Shown here: one piece after another, positions 19,923 through 28,086 of the stretch | How the letters are laid out: each line of letters opens with the position of its first letter | Numbering within the stretch: the first letter of the stretch is position 1 | NCBI GenBank assembly: GCA_018817595.1 | Contig: JAHITU010000001.1 | Span: 32,109 to 96,108, forward strand | DNA length: 64,000 bases | Source: Patescibacteria group bacterium | GTDB lineage: Bacteria > Patescibacteriota > Minisyncoccia > Phycocordibacterales > UBA12079 | Reading direction: 5' to 3' | The notes under the pieces: model-generated | Database searches by the model: none | The model's input: only the letters and a program-made list of their open reading frames with translations | Told to the model about the DNA's origin: nothing | Made by a program: the position numbers and the translations under genes

Positions 19923-21125
19923 TTATTCTGTATAGAGTGCTCCTTTAGTATACCGATTCGAAGCCGACCACAACAACCAAGAATCCAATCCTGAATCATA
20001 AGTAGCTTGTATTTGTGCTCTTACTTTAGCAGCATCATAATCTGCCCCTAAATCGAAATCCTGCAACCAAGGTCTTAATTTATCAGGACTGGAACTAGCT
20101 GCTATAGCCTTTTTCACAGCGAAATCCATAGAGTATTTAATCACTTCATATGGATAAGCTGCTGGATTTTTCAAACCAATAAATCCTGTTGGATAATGAG
20201 AAGGATAAACCATAGGACAAACATAATCAAAAAACGGCAAAGCATATTCCAAAATTTGACCGATGTTTAAATCATCACTATTAGTAGTTACCATTCCAAA
20301 TAAATCAACAGACAAAATGGCATCTATATCATTCATTTTATTATCTAGGTAAACAAAAAATTCTTGCAAAACTTTAGCCTTCCCTTTTTCAGGATCAAGA
20401 GTCACTCTCTCTTCACTCACTGGGTAATAAATTTCTTTCATGTTTCCATCTGATGGAAAACGAATGTAATCATAATTAATTTCATCAAAACCTAATTCAT
20501 AGACTTCTTTAGATAAAGCAATAACATAATCCCAAACTTCAACTGAACCAGCATCCAACCAAGAAATACCTTTATGATCTTTCCAAATCGCTCCTCCTTC
20601 TGATTTCTTCACAGCCAACTCTGGTCTTTCTCTAACCAATTGAGGGTCTTGGAACACAGGTACTCGTCCAATGATATAAATACCTTTGGAATGCCAATCC
20701 TCAAGGAGTTCTTTGATGTCATGAATTTTACACTCTCCCTTACTAGAATCAGCAATGGCATTTTGAAATAAAGGATTTTCCAAATCAAAAGCAATTTTTC
20801 CTGTTTCGTCCTTAACATTCAAAATAATAGAATTAATTTCAGTATCTTCAACCAATTGTTCAAGAGTTTTTCTAAAACTTGGAGTAGAGGCTGCACATGC
20901 AGTCATATAAATAACTTTTGTTTTTTCTGGAGTCTCAATATGAACAGAGCGATAAATATTATCAGCTGGGACTTCTGAAGAAACTTCACTGTTAAATGTG
21001 ACATAAAAACCTAAAATGTCAGTAGTCAAAAATAAAAACAAAGCGATGCCTAAAACACCACCCAAGGTTATAAAACCAAAAATCTTTATTTTATTCTTTA
21101 TTAAGTATTTCTTCATTTTCAACAA
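19923..21125 (-). CDS. Putative glycoside-hydrolase-like protein (GHL/DUF4015-type TIM barrel) with an N-terminal TM
   Basis: 400 aa. N-terminal TM helix, then IILNVKDETGKIAFD...GIYIIGRVPVFQD...YIRFPSDG, which resembles GHL family proteins. Confidence 0.45.
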   Translation of the reverse strand: MLKMKKYLIKNKIKIFGFITLGGVLGIALFLFLTTDILGFYVTFNSEVSSEVPADNIYRSVHIETPEKTKVIYMTACAASTPSFRKTLEQLVEDTEINSIILNVKDETGKIAFDLENPLFQNAIADSSKGECKIHDIKELLEDWHSKGIYIIGRVPVFQDPQLVRERPELAVKKSEGGAIWKDHKGISWLDAGSVEVWDYVIALSKEVYELGFDEINYDYIRFPSDGNMKEIYYPVSEERVTLDPEKGKAKVLQEFFVYLDNKMNDIDAILSVDLFGMVTTNSDDLNIGQILEYALPFFDYVCPMVYPSHYPTGFIGLKNPAAYPYEVIKYSMDFAVKKAIAASSSPDKLRPWLQDFDLGADYDAAKVRAQIQATYDSGLDSWLLWSASNRYTKGALYTE

Positions 21126-21300
21126 AAACCTTATCTAACTCTTCTTCACGACTATTTTTTTGGCTCTTTTTTTTGTAGGTAATTGAGGAAAAAATTATAT
21201 ACAATCCTGTCAAAATCAATAAAGTAGTTTTCCAAGCTAAAGGAATCCCCAACAATGGAATAAATACAACTATTAAACCTAATATCAAAAATTTCTTCAT
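21091..21300 (-). CDS. Small membrane protein (69 aa)
   Basis: MKKFLILGLIVVFIPLLGIPLAWKTTLLILTGLYIIF has two TM helices. An upstream pilus-type palindrome is at 21385-21403. Confidence 0.35.
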   Translation of the reverse strand: MKKFLILGLIVVFIPLLGIPLAWKTTLLILTGLYIIFSSITYKKKSQKNSREEELDKVFVENEEILNKE

Positions 21301-21425
21301 ATTGTTTATATTATACTTTATTTATTTTGAATAACCAAATATTAGTTTAGCTTATAGCTTATAGAGGTTAGCTTTTAGGAGAAAAATTTACTTCGTAAAT
21401 TTTTCTGACTTTCGACTTTACAGAC

Positions 21426-21464
21426 CTGCCTGTCCCTGCGCGCCGGCAGGCGTGGGCAGGCAGG
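21426..21464. repeat. Family-A GC-rich palindromic intergenic repeat (about 40 bp)
   Basis: cctgcctgtccctgcgcgccggcaggcgtgggcaggcagg, directly 3' of the rsmI stop. Other copies: 19685-19717 (partial), 31646-31685, 37523-37562 (plus mini-palindrome 37479-37497), 56525-56584 (opposite strand, with an internal duplication), 57588-57627. Confidence 0.8.
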
Positions 21465-21480
21465 CTTTATAGACTTTCGA

Positions 21481-22167
21481 CTAATTTATCATCACCACAA
21501 ATTCACCTTTTACCTTATCTGAATTGTCTTCAAAATATTTTATTACTTCTTCTATTGTTCCTGAAACAATTTGTTCAAACATTTTAGTTATTTCTCTACC
21601 AATAACAATTTTTTTATTTTGCTCAAATTCTTCTGATAATTCTTTTATTGTTTCTAGGGTTTTTAATATTCTGTGTGGAGATTCATAAAAAACAGCTGTT
21701 CTCTTTAATTCCAAAATTTCATTAATGGCAGTTTGTTTACCTTTTTTACGAGGCAAAAATCCAAAAAAAGTAAAAGAGTCCGCAGGTAAACCACTAACTG
21801 ACAAAGCAGAAATTAAGGCCGAAGGACCAGGAATTGGTGTGACCATAACACTCTCGCCAAATTTTTCTTTCACTTGAGCCACCAACATAAAACCAGGATC
21901 TGAAATAGTAGGCGTTCCAGCGTCAGAGACTAAGGCTAAATCTTTACCTTCTTCCAGTAATTCTAAAATTTTATCAGTCTTAATCTTTCCACTAAATGAA
22001 TGATAAGAAATAGTAGGAGTTTCTATTTCGTATTTATCTAAAAGTTTTCGAGTTACTCGAGTATCTTCGCATAATACAAAATCCACCTCTTTTAAAATTC
22101 TCAAGGCTCGTAAAGTAATATCTTCCAAGTTCCCAATAGGTGTTCCTATTATGTATAAATGTTGCAT
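21481..22167 (-). CDS. rsmI: 16S rRNA (cytidine1402-2'-O)-methyltransferase RsmI
   Basis: 228 aa. MQHLYIIGTPIGNLEDITLRALRILKEVDFVLCEDTR is a tetrapyrrole-methylase-fold RsmI N-terminus. Confidence 0.85.
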   Translation of the reverse strand: MQHLYIIGTPIGNLEDITLRALRILKEVDFVLCEDTRVTRKLLDKYEIETPTISYHSFSGKIKTDKILELLEEGKDLALVSDAGTPTISDPGFMLVAQVKEKFGESVMVTPIPGPSALISALSVSGLPADSFTFFGFLPRKKGKQTAINEILELKRTAVFYESPHRILKTLETIKELSEEFEQNKKIVIGREITKMFEQIVSGTIEEVIKYFEDNSDKVKGEFVVMIN

Positions 22168-22376
22168 ATTGTTTAAAATTATTTCGTACGTACGTCCGTA
22201 TTTACGTTTGATTTAAATCATATCACAGTTTAATCAATAATCTATTAAAAAGTGCCATATGTGTTTAGACATTACAACAATCTATTGACTTATTTATTAA
22301 ATAAGTGTTTAATATACACAGATAATTTTGTAAATATTGTATTTACATTAACCAAGTACTTTTAAAAGGAGAAAAA

Positions 22377-23558
22377 ATGAATACAAAAATACAGCATCTT
22401 TTTGGCGGATTGTTTGGAGCAGTGATAGGAATAATTATTGCCGGTTTCTTTGAAAACCAAGGACTTCTTTTACTAGCTTTTCCGGGAGCAATCCTCGGTT
22501 ATCATGTCAGAAGTCTCAAATCAATTTTCAAGGACAATTTTGAATTTATTTTAAATTTATGGAAAACCGTCTCGATAAAGACAACGAAATTTATGAACAA
22601 ACCTTTTACACTTTCTAAAATTATATATGTACACAGTCAGGAATCAATTGGTTTCTTTATTTCACTCATTTCAACATGTTTTCTTTTTATAACCAGTGTA
22701 ATTATATGGTTCTTCAGCCGTCCAAAATGCTTTTTAAACTGGCTCAGAGAACATCCGATAAACAGAGCTAACTTTTTGAGCGGGACTGTATGTTTCTTGT
22801 ATGTTTTTGGGGCAATTGGATTGATATATCTTCTTTCTCAGTATTGCCTCTCTGATACCTATGAATGTAGTCGGTCTATCGGGCCAAGAATGAATCAGAC
22901 AGAAATCTTAATCGTTGATACTGGGGTAATTCACTATCTTCTTTTTACAATAATTTGCGGGGTAGTTTTAATTGCATTCCCATTGATGAGTTTTATTGAT
23001 AAAAAAGAAACAATGCTCAGAAACCGTGGATGGTCAACTTACAAAAGATATAAAAGAGATGGGGTACTAGCATGGATTTATTCCGATATTAAAGACTTAT
23101 TCATCATACAAATCTCATACCTTTATGTCGTTATTATAGGAATCTCCTATTTTACTATTATAGGTGGTGGAATAATTTTGTTTCTATTTATTCCCGCCGG
23201 CGTAGCATTTGCAGTAGGGTATGGAATATACCAAACGGCAGTGAAAAAAGGAGGTTGGACCTGTGCTACCATCACAACAATTGTCACGCTTATATCAGGA
23301 ATTGTTTTCTGGGATACGATTATTTCCAATTTTACACTGAGGTGGCTTATTGCCCTGTTCACAGGTGCCTTGGCAGGTACTCTGAGTTTGCTTTTTAGTG
23401 AACTTACTACAAAATTGAGTACAATTAAAATTGTACAAGAAATGATCAAAAAGGATTGTGATATGTTTGGCGGAATTTGGTTAATAACAAAAAAACCTGC
23501 CTGTTTCTTTCCAGAAGGACTAAACTTCATCTTGAAACCTGTTGAATTATATTTGTAA
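22377..23558 (+). CDS. Polytopic membrane protein, function unknown
   Basis: 393 aa with 8 or more hydrophobic helices. RBS AAAAGGAG precedes the ATG. Confidence 0.55.
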   Translation: MNTKIQHLFGGLFGAVIGIIIAGFFENQGLLLLAFPGAILGYHVRSLKSIFKDNFEFILNLWKTVSIKTTKFMNKPFTLSKIIYVHSQESIGFFISLISTCFLFITSVIIWFFSRPKCFLNWLREHPINRANFLSGTVCFLYVFGAIGLIYLLSQYCLSDTYECSRSIGPRMNQTEILIVDTGVIHYLLFTIICGVVLIAFPLMSFIDKKETMLRNRGWSTYKRYKRDGVLAWIYSDIKDLFIIQISYLYVVIIGISYFTIIGGGIILFLFIPAGVAFAVGYGIYQTAVKKGGWTCATITTIVTLISGIVFWDTIISNFTLRWLIALFTGALAGTLSLLFSELTTKLSTIKIVQEMIKKDCDMFGGIWLITKKPACFFPEGLNFILKPVELYL

Positions 23559-23640
23559 TTTATTTTGTTCTTTATTTAACCAGAAAGGTTTGTCAATTTA
23601 TTGGCAAGCCTTTTCTTATTGTTTTTATATTTGTTTAAGC

Positions 23641-24212
23641 ACCTGTCAGAGTCGAACCTACCTACCCCTATGTACCAAAAGGCGTGGACAGGTAAGCTGA
23701 CGACCTATGGTTTACGATACCATTGCTCCCGCCTCATCGGCGAGTCGCCGATGAGGCGACTACCATTAAACTTCAAACTGAGCCCTCTGTCGGACTTGAA
23801 CCGACCACCTACGATTTACCCTGTTAGAGCTGAGGGCGAGAATTGAACTCGCGACCTACGGTTTACGATACCGTTGCTCTACCAACTGAGCTACCTCAGC
23901 TCTAACAGGGTAAACGATACTATTATCCCGCCTCATCGGCGGGTCGCCGATGAGGCGACTACCAGATGAGCTAAGAGGGCAAACTCGTCTTAATCCCCAC
24001 CGGCTGGAGTTATATTGAGCCCGAGGACGGGATTGAACCGACGACCTACACATTACCATTGTTGAAACCTCCTAAGGTCGGTTTCAACTCCACCAACTGA
24101 GCTATTTCAATTACCTTTTGAGCCAACAAACGGAATCGAACCGATGACCTCTCCAGTGGACCATTAAAACTTGCGAATCTCGTCTTAATCCCCACCGACT
24201 GGAGCTCGAATG
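23641..24212 (-). other. Array of tRNA-Thr-derived fragments and pseudo-tRNA pieces with interspersed GC-rich palindromes
   Basis: Three copies of a Thr(CGU) anticodon arm (GGTATCGTAAACC or variant). T-arm/acceptor 3' halves at about 23770-23826 and 24017-24050. A 35-nt duplicate of the tRNA-Thr(GGU) 3' end at 24121-24155. Palindromes at 23731-23757 and 23930-23956. Confidence 0.5.
23828..23900 (-). tRNA. tRNA-Thr (anticodon CGU)
   Basis: Reverse complement folds manually as acceptor GCTGAGG/CCTCAGC, D arm GCTC-AGTTGGTA-GAGC, anticodon arm ACGGT-AUCGUAA-ACCGT, T arm GCGAG-TTCAATT-CTCGC, discriminator U. Confidence 0.7.
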
Positions 24213-24285
24213 AGCCAACAAACGGAATCGAACCGATGACCTCTCCCTTACCATGGGAGTGCTCTACCGACTGAGCTATGTTGGC
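24213..24285 (-). tRNA. tRNA-Thr (anticodon GGU)
   Basis: Acceptor GCCAACA/TGTTGGC, D arm GCTC-AGTCGGTA-GAGC, anticodon arm CTCCC-AUGGUAA-GGGAG, T loop TTCGATT. One U·U mismatch in the T stem. Confidence 0.65.
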
Positions 24286-24364
24286 TAGTTGTTATATGAT
24301 ATTTTATTTTTATATTTTTTGCAAAACAAAAAGCAAAGCTAAACGCTTTGCTTTTGTTATTATG

Positions 24365-24438
24365 CGCGATCGAAGGGATTTGAACCCTCGACCTCTCGCG
24401 TGACAGGCGAGCGCTCTAACCAGCTGAGCTACGACCGC
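24365..24438 (-). tRNA. tRNA-Asp (anticodon GUC)
   Basis: Acceptor GCGGTCG/CGATCGC, anticodon arm CTCGC-CUGUCAC-GCGAG, T arm GAGGG-TTCAAAT-CCCTT. 74 nt. Followed by the hairpin aagcaaagc-taaac-gctttgctt (24327-24356). Confidence 0.7.
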
Positions 24439-24488
24439 AATTATACTCCAATACTTTAACAAATTTTTGTGTATTTCTCAACACTTTG

Positions 24489-24562
24489 TGTCGACGAATG
24501 GATTCGAACCATTGATCTGGCGCGTATGAGACGCCCGCTTTAACCAACTAAGCTACGTCGAC
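24489..24562 (-). tRNA. tRNA-Met/Ile2-type (anticodon CAU, elongator-like)
   Basis: Acceptor GTCGACG/CGTCGAC, anticodon arm GGCGT-CUCAUAC-GCGCC, T arm AATGG-TTCGAAT-CCATT. 74 nt. G1-C72 is paired, so it is not initiator-like. Confidence 0.7.
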
Positions 24563-25233
24563 ATTTTTAATGCCTTTAATAGACCTAAAACTTTATATTT
24601 CAAATAAGTGCTTTTTCTAATTTTTAAAGACAAAACCCCAAAATAATTATCATAATTTTCATAAACCTTCTTTTGTTTTATTTTTAAAAAAACAGGGTTT
24701 CCAAACTGTTCAATAGGTAATTCTAACAGATTAGACCAAAATTTCAATACTTTTTTAATTCTAGGTCTATGAATTTCGTTTATAAAAATCCTAGGCATAA
24801 ATTCCTCTTCTTTTATTTTAAATATTACTTCAAACCATCTTTTCATAAAAACAATAGAATCTGGGTCAGAATTAACAAACGCTAATGCACTTTTATCAGA
24901 TTTAACACCTTCTCCCCAATATAAACCTAAACCTACCATCAACAGATCTTTTTTTGATATATTATTTATAGCTTTAAGTCCTTCTTTTTCATAAAAACTA
25001 ATTTTATCTAATTTCTTTTGATGATTCATTTTAGCTCCAATCATTCTTCCTTTATTTCCTGCTTTTATAGCATTTTTCTTCAAAAGACTTTTTTGCTTAT
25101 CTGTAAGTTTTATGTCTATGCACCAAGAACTAACAGAGCCTCTAGATACGCCTAATACTTTTTCAATTGATCTAATACTCCATCCTTTCTTTCTTAATTG
25201 TTGAGCTTTTATTTTTTCTTTAAACTTAGCCAT
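24553..25233 (-). CDS. HTH + single-motif LAGLIDADG-like protein (putative homing-endonuclease-like)
   Basis: 226 aa. N-terminal HTH KKGWSIRSIEKVLGVSRGSVSSW. LLMVGLGLYWGEGVKSDKS resembles a LAGLIDADG motif. The last 10 nt overlap the 5' end of the tRNA-Met. Confidence 0.45.
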   Translation of the reverse strand: MAKFKEKIKAQQLRKKGWSIRSIEKVLGVSRGSVSSWCIDIKLTDKQKSLLKKNAIKAGNKGRMIGAKMNHQKKLDKISFYEKEGLKAINNISKKDLLMVGLGLYWGEGVKSDKSALAFVNSDPDSIVFMKRWFEVIFKIKEEEFMPRIFINEIHRPRIKKVLKFWSNLLELPIEQFGNPVFLKIKQKKVYENYDNYFGVLSLKIRKSTYLKYKVLGLLKALKMST

Positions 25234-25268
25234 TATGTTATATATTGTAGCATATGGTTGGTTTATTA

Positions 25269-25324
25269 CAACAAGTAAAACAAAAACCTCAGAATTAATT
25301 CTGAGGTTTTTGTTTTACTTGTTG
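25269..25324. terminator. Perfect 27-bp inverted repeat (2-nt loop) directly 3' of the initiator-like tRNA
   Basis: caacaagtaaaacaaaaacctcagaat / attctgaggtttttgttttacttgttg. The right arm overlaps the tRNA 3' end by 3 nt. Confidence 0.6.
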
Positions 25325-25392
25325 CGGGAGTCTGAATCGAACAGACACCTAGAGGTTATGAGCCTCCTGTGCAACCTTTACACCATCCCGCG
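25322..25392 (-). tRNA. tRNA-fMet-like (anticodon CAU, C1·A72 mismatch)
   Basis: 5' CGCGGGA paired with 3' TCCCGCA leaves C1·A72 unpaired, as in bacterial initiator tRNA. Anticodon arm GGAGG-CUCAUAA-CCTCT, T arm GTCTG-TTCGATT-CAGAC. 71 nt. Confidence 0.6.
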
Positions 25393-25395
25393 ATA

Positions 25396-25583
25396 TATTT
25401 AATATTTAATTTTCAACTATTATAATAACCTCTAAAGGTTATAAGTCATATTGCTTCATGTGCAGTTCGTCTACACCATCCCGCGATATATTTAATATTT
25501 AATTTTCAACTATTTTAATAACCTCTAAAGGTTATAAGTCATATTGCTTCATGTGCAGTTCGTCTACACCATCCCGCGATAAT
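25396..25583. repeat. Tandem direct repeat (about 93 bp x 2) of degenerate tRNA 5'-half-like units
   Basis: The unit ends in caccatcccgcgat, identical to the 5' acceptor/D region of the tRNA at 25322-25392. The unit also carries aacctctaaaggtt, echoing the anticodon stem. Confidence 0.7.
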
Positions 25584-25831
25584 TTAGCTTATAGCTTTTA
25601 GGAAATTAGGGTGTTAGGAGAAAAAATCGCTTTGCGATTTTTTTCTTTTCTACCTTTTCCTTTTTTCAATAATATAAAATATAACCCAAAAAACCCAAAA
25701 AAACAAGAAAAAAATAATTTCTAGACGGCTTCATTACTTCACTACGTTTCGTTTCTCGCAGAGACGAATTTTTATGAGGCAAAATTCACATAAATAATAC
25801 TTAATATATACTATATAATATGTAATATAGA

Positions 25832-26419
25832 CTAAATAAATTGAAATTCTTCAAAAACAATTTTATATAAACCAACTGCTCTCTTAGCTGTTCTTTGTGT
25901 TAATAATGAGTCTGTTCCTCCGTGAGCTATTTGATTTCTTATTTTGTGCGCCTCCCAAGCACTATTTATTGTAATGAAATCACTTCTTTCTACTTGTTTT
26001 AATCTTTCTCCCAAAGACTCTCCTGAGTAACCGGACTTTTTCATTATTTCATCTAGAATTACATCAGCATCTAAAACAGCCATTCTCCATTCAGCTGGTG
26101 AATCCGAGTTCACATAACTTACTATTTTTTCCCATCTCTCGTTTTTAATTTCTCCTCCTTCAAAATCTACAGTAGAAGAAACTACGGTATCAAATATTTC
26201 AGAATTTTTTGCGGAAACCTCTTTCATTTTGTGGCGAACATAAAGAATCCCAGCCAACAACAAAGCAGAAAGGATCAAAGAGTAAAACATTATAGAAGAC
26301 CAATTATCATAGTACAACTTAAATAACCTAACCGGGTTAAGATAATAAAATATATTTGAAATTAAAAGATAAATCCAATAATAAATTTGTCCAAGATTTA
26401 AGAAATCAATATTTTCCAT
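25832..26419 (-). CDS. Membrane-anchored protein with a C-terminal HEPN-like (Rx4H) motif
   Basis: 195 aa. Two N-terminal TM helices. The C-terminal AWEAHKIRNQIAHGG carries an R-x4-H motif. Confidence 0.4.
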   Translation of the reverse strand: MENIDFLNLGQIYYWIYLLISNIFYYLNPVRLFKLYYDNWSSIMFYSLILSALLLAGILYVRHKMKEVSAKNSEIFDTVVSSTVDFEGGEIKNERWEKIVSYVNSDSPAEWRMAVLDADVILDEIMKKSGYSGESLGERLKQVERSDFITINSAWEAHKIRNQIAHGGTDSLLTQRTAKRAVGLYKIVFEEFQFI

Positions 26420-26596
26420 AATTTCAAGTGAGGATTTATAAAAACGATTATGTAATAATATGTTTTTATATAATCCGAGCGAAGGAATTATATGCTCGCT
26501 TCATATAATTTCAAGTGAGGATTTATAAAAACGATTATGTAATAATATGTTTTTATATAATCCGAGCGAAGGAATTATATGCTCGCTTCATATACC
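26419..26596. repeat. Tandem direct repeat (about 89 bp x 2) in the promoter region upstream of 25832-26419
   Basis: The unit atttcaagtgaggatttataaaaacgattatgtaataatatgtttttatataatccgagcgaaggaattatatgctcgcttcata occurs twice back-to-back. Confidence 0.8.
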
Positions 26597-26649
26597 ATAA
26601 GTATAACTTATAGCGAGTGTAATGTTGAGAGCAAAATGTTGAAAAAATA

Positions 26650-28086
26650 TTAAGAGGTCGGACCTCCTAGAAAATCCGAGCTTACTTTAAACAAAAGATT
26701 TTCATACATATGCGGAGCCAAAATCTGTAAACCAACAGGTAATTCTTTCCCTTCTCTTTCCACAAAACCCATAGGAACTGATATGGCTGGATTCCCAACA
26801 ACATTAGAAGATACTGTAAAAATGTCTTCTAGATACATTTGAATAGGATCGTTTCCCTTGGCCCCTATCTTGAAAGCTGGGGTAGGAGTGGTCGGGGTCA
26901 AAATTACATCCACTTCTAAAAAAGCTTTTCTGAAATCTTCCCTGATTATTTCTCGTACAGCCTGAGCTTTATTATAATAAGCGTCTTTATAACCAGCTGA
27001 TAAAATATATGTTCCTAACATAATCCTTCTTCGTGCTTCTTTTCCAAAACCTTCTCCTCTTGTTTTCATATAATCGTCTAGTAAATCTTCTCCTTCTTTT
27101 TTAAATCCAAAACGCACTCCATCATAACGCGATAGGTTAGCAGAAATTTCTGCTGGAGCAAAAATATAATAAGAAGCTAAAGAATATTTAATATTTGGTA
27201 ATTCGATTTCCTTAATCTTATATCCTTTTTCCTCTAGTTTTTTTAATGAATTTTCAAAATTTTCCATTACATCCTTATCAATACCCTCTTTTAAAAAATG
27301 TCTTGGAATCCCAATAGTCATTTTTTTATTCAAATCGATCCCTTTTTCTGCTTTTTCAATAACTTCATCTTTCAAAGTAGTACTATCCATTTTATCATTC
27401 CCTTTTATACAATCATAAACTATTTTTACATCTTCAACACTTTTCCCGAAAGGTCCAATTTGATCAAGGGAAGAACCCATGGCTACAGCTCCAGATCTAG
27501 AAACTCTTCCGTATGTGGTTTTCAAACCTAAAACATTATTAAAAGAGGCAGGCTGACGAATGGAGCCACCTGTGTCTGAACCTAAAGCCACCAAAGCCAT
27601 ATCACTTGCTACAGCTACAGCGGAACCACCAGAGGAACCTCCAGCCACTCTCCCCATATCAAAAGTATTTTTAGTTACCCCATAGGCAGAATTTTCAGTT
27701 GAAGACCCATGTGCAAACTCATCTAAATTAGTTCCTCCTATAAAAACAGCTCCAGCTTTTTTTAACCTATCAATTACAGTTGCATCATAGGTAGCTTTAT
27801 AGTTTTCTAATATTTTTGAACCAGCTGTAGTTCTTTTTCCTTTGATTAAAATATTATTTTTTATAGCCATTGGAATTCCAGTTAATAACTCAGCTGTCCC
27901 ATCTTTAAATCTTTTGTCGGCTTTTTCTGCTTGCTCTAAAACATCTTCAAAAAATACAATAAAAGCATTGTATTCTGGGTTAATATTATCTAGGTAAGCT
28001 TGGGCTAATTCCTGAGCAGTAAAATCACCCTCCAACATATGTTGATGTGCCTTCTGTATAGTTAATGTTTTTAAATCTATTTTCAT
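26650..28086 (-). CDS. gatA: Glu-tRNA(Gln)/Asp-tRNA(Asn) amidotransferase subunit A
   Basis: 478 aa. Amidase signature GGSSGGSAVAVASDMALVALGSDTGGSIRQPASF. Confidence 0.9.
   Translation of the reverse strand: MKIDLKTLTIQKAHQHMLEGDFTAQELAQAYLDNINPEYNAFIVFFEDVLEQAEKADKRFKDGTAELLTGIPMAIKNNILIKGKRTTAGSKILENYKATYDATVIDRLKKAGAVFIGGTNLDEFAHGSSTENSAYGVTKNTFDMGRVAGGSSGGSAVAVASDMALVALGSDTGGSIRQPASFNNVLGLKTTYGRVSRSGAVAMGSSLDQIGPFGKSVEDVKIVYDCIKGNDKMDSTTLKDEVIEKAEKGIDLNKKMTIGIPRHFLKEGIDKDVMENFENSLKKLEEKGYKIKEIELPNIKYSLASYYIFAPAEISANLSRYDGVRFGFKKEGEDLLDDYMKTRGEGFGKEARRRIMLGTYILSAGYKDAYYNKAQAVREIIREDFRKAFLEVDVILTPTTPTPAFKIGAKGNDPIQMYLEDIFTVSSNVVGNPAISVPMGFVEREGKELPVGLQILAPHMYENLLFKVSSDFLGGPTS

Noticed and set aside
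23601-24059. Listed ORFs 23601-23846 (+) and 23856-24059 (-)
   Set aside because: They lie entirely over tRNA genes, tRNA fragments and GC palindromes, and their amino acid content (R/P/A-rich) reflects the GC-rich RNA genes. They are spurious.
23641-24212. Group I or II intron inside the tRNA-Thr locus
   Set aside because: The inserted segments are 30-200 nt. No group I P-Q-R-S cores or group II domain V are visible. The interruptions are themselves tRNA-like or palindromic repeats.
25396-26596. Possible CRISPR arrays, suggested by the regularly spaced direct repeats at 25396-25583 and 26419-26596
   Set aside because: Each has only two long units (93 and 89 bp), immediately adjacent and with no unique spacers. 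The units contain tRNA-derived sequence, and no cas genes are nearby. I read them as tandem duplications, not CRISPR.
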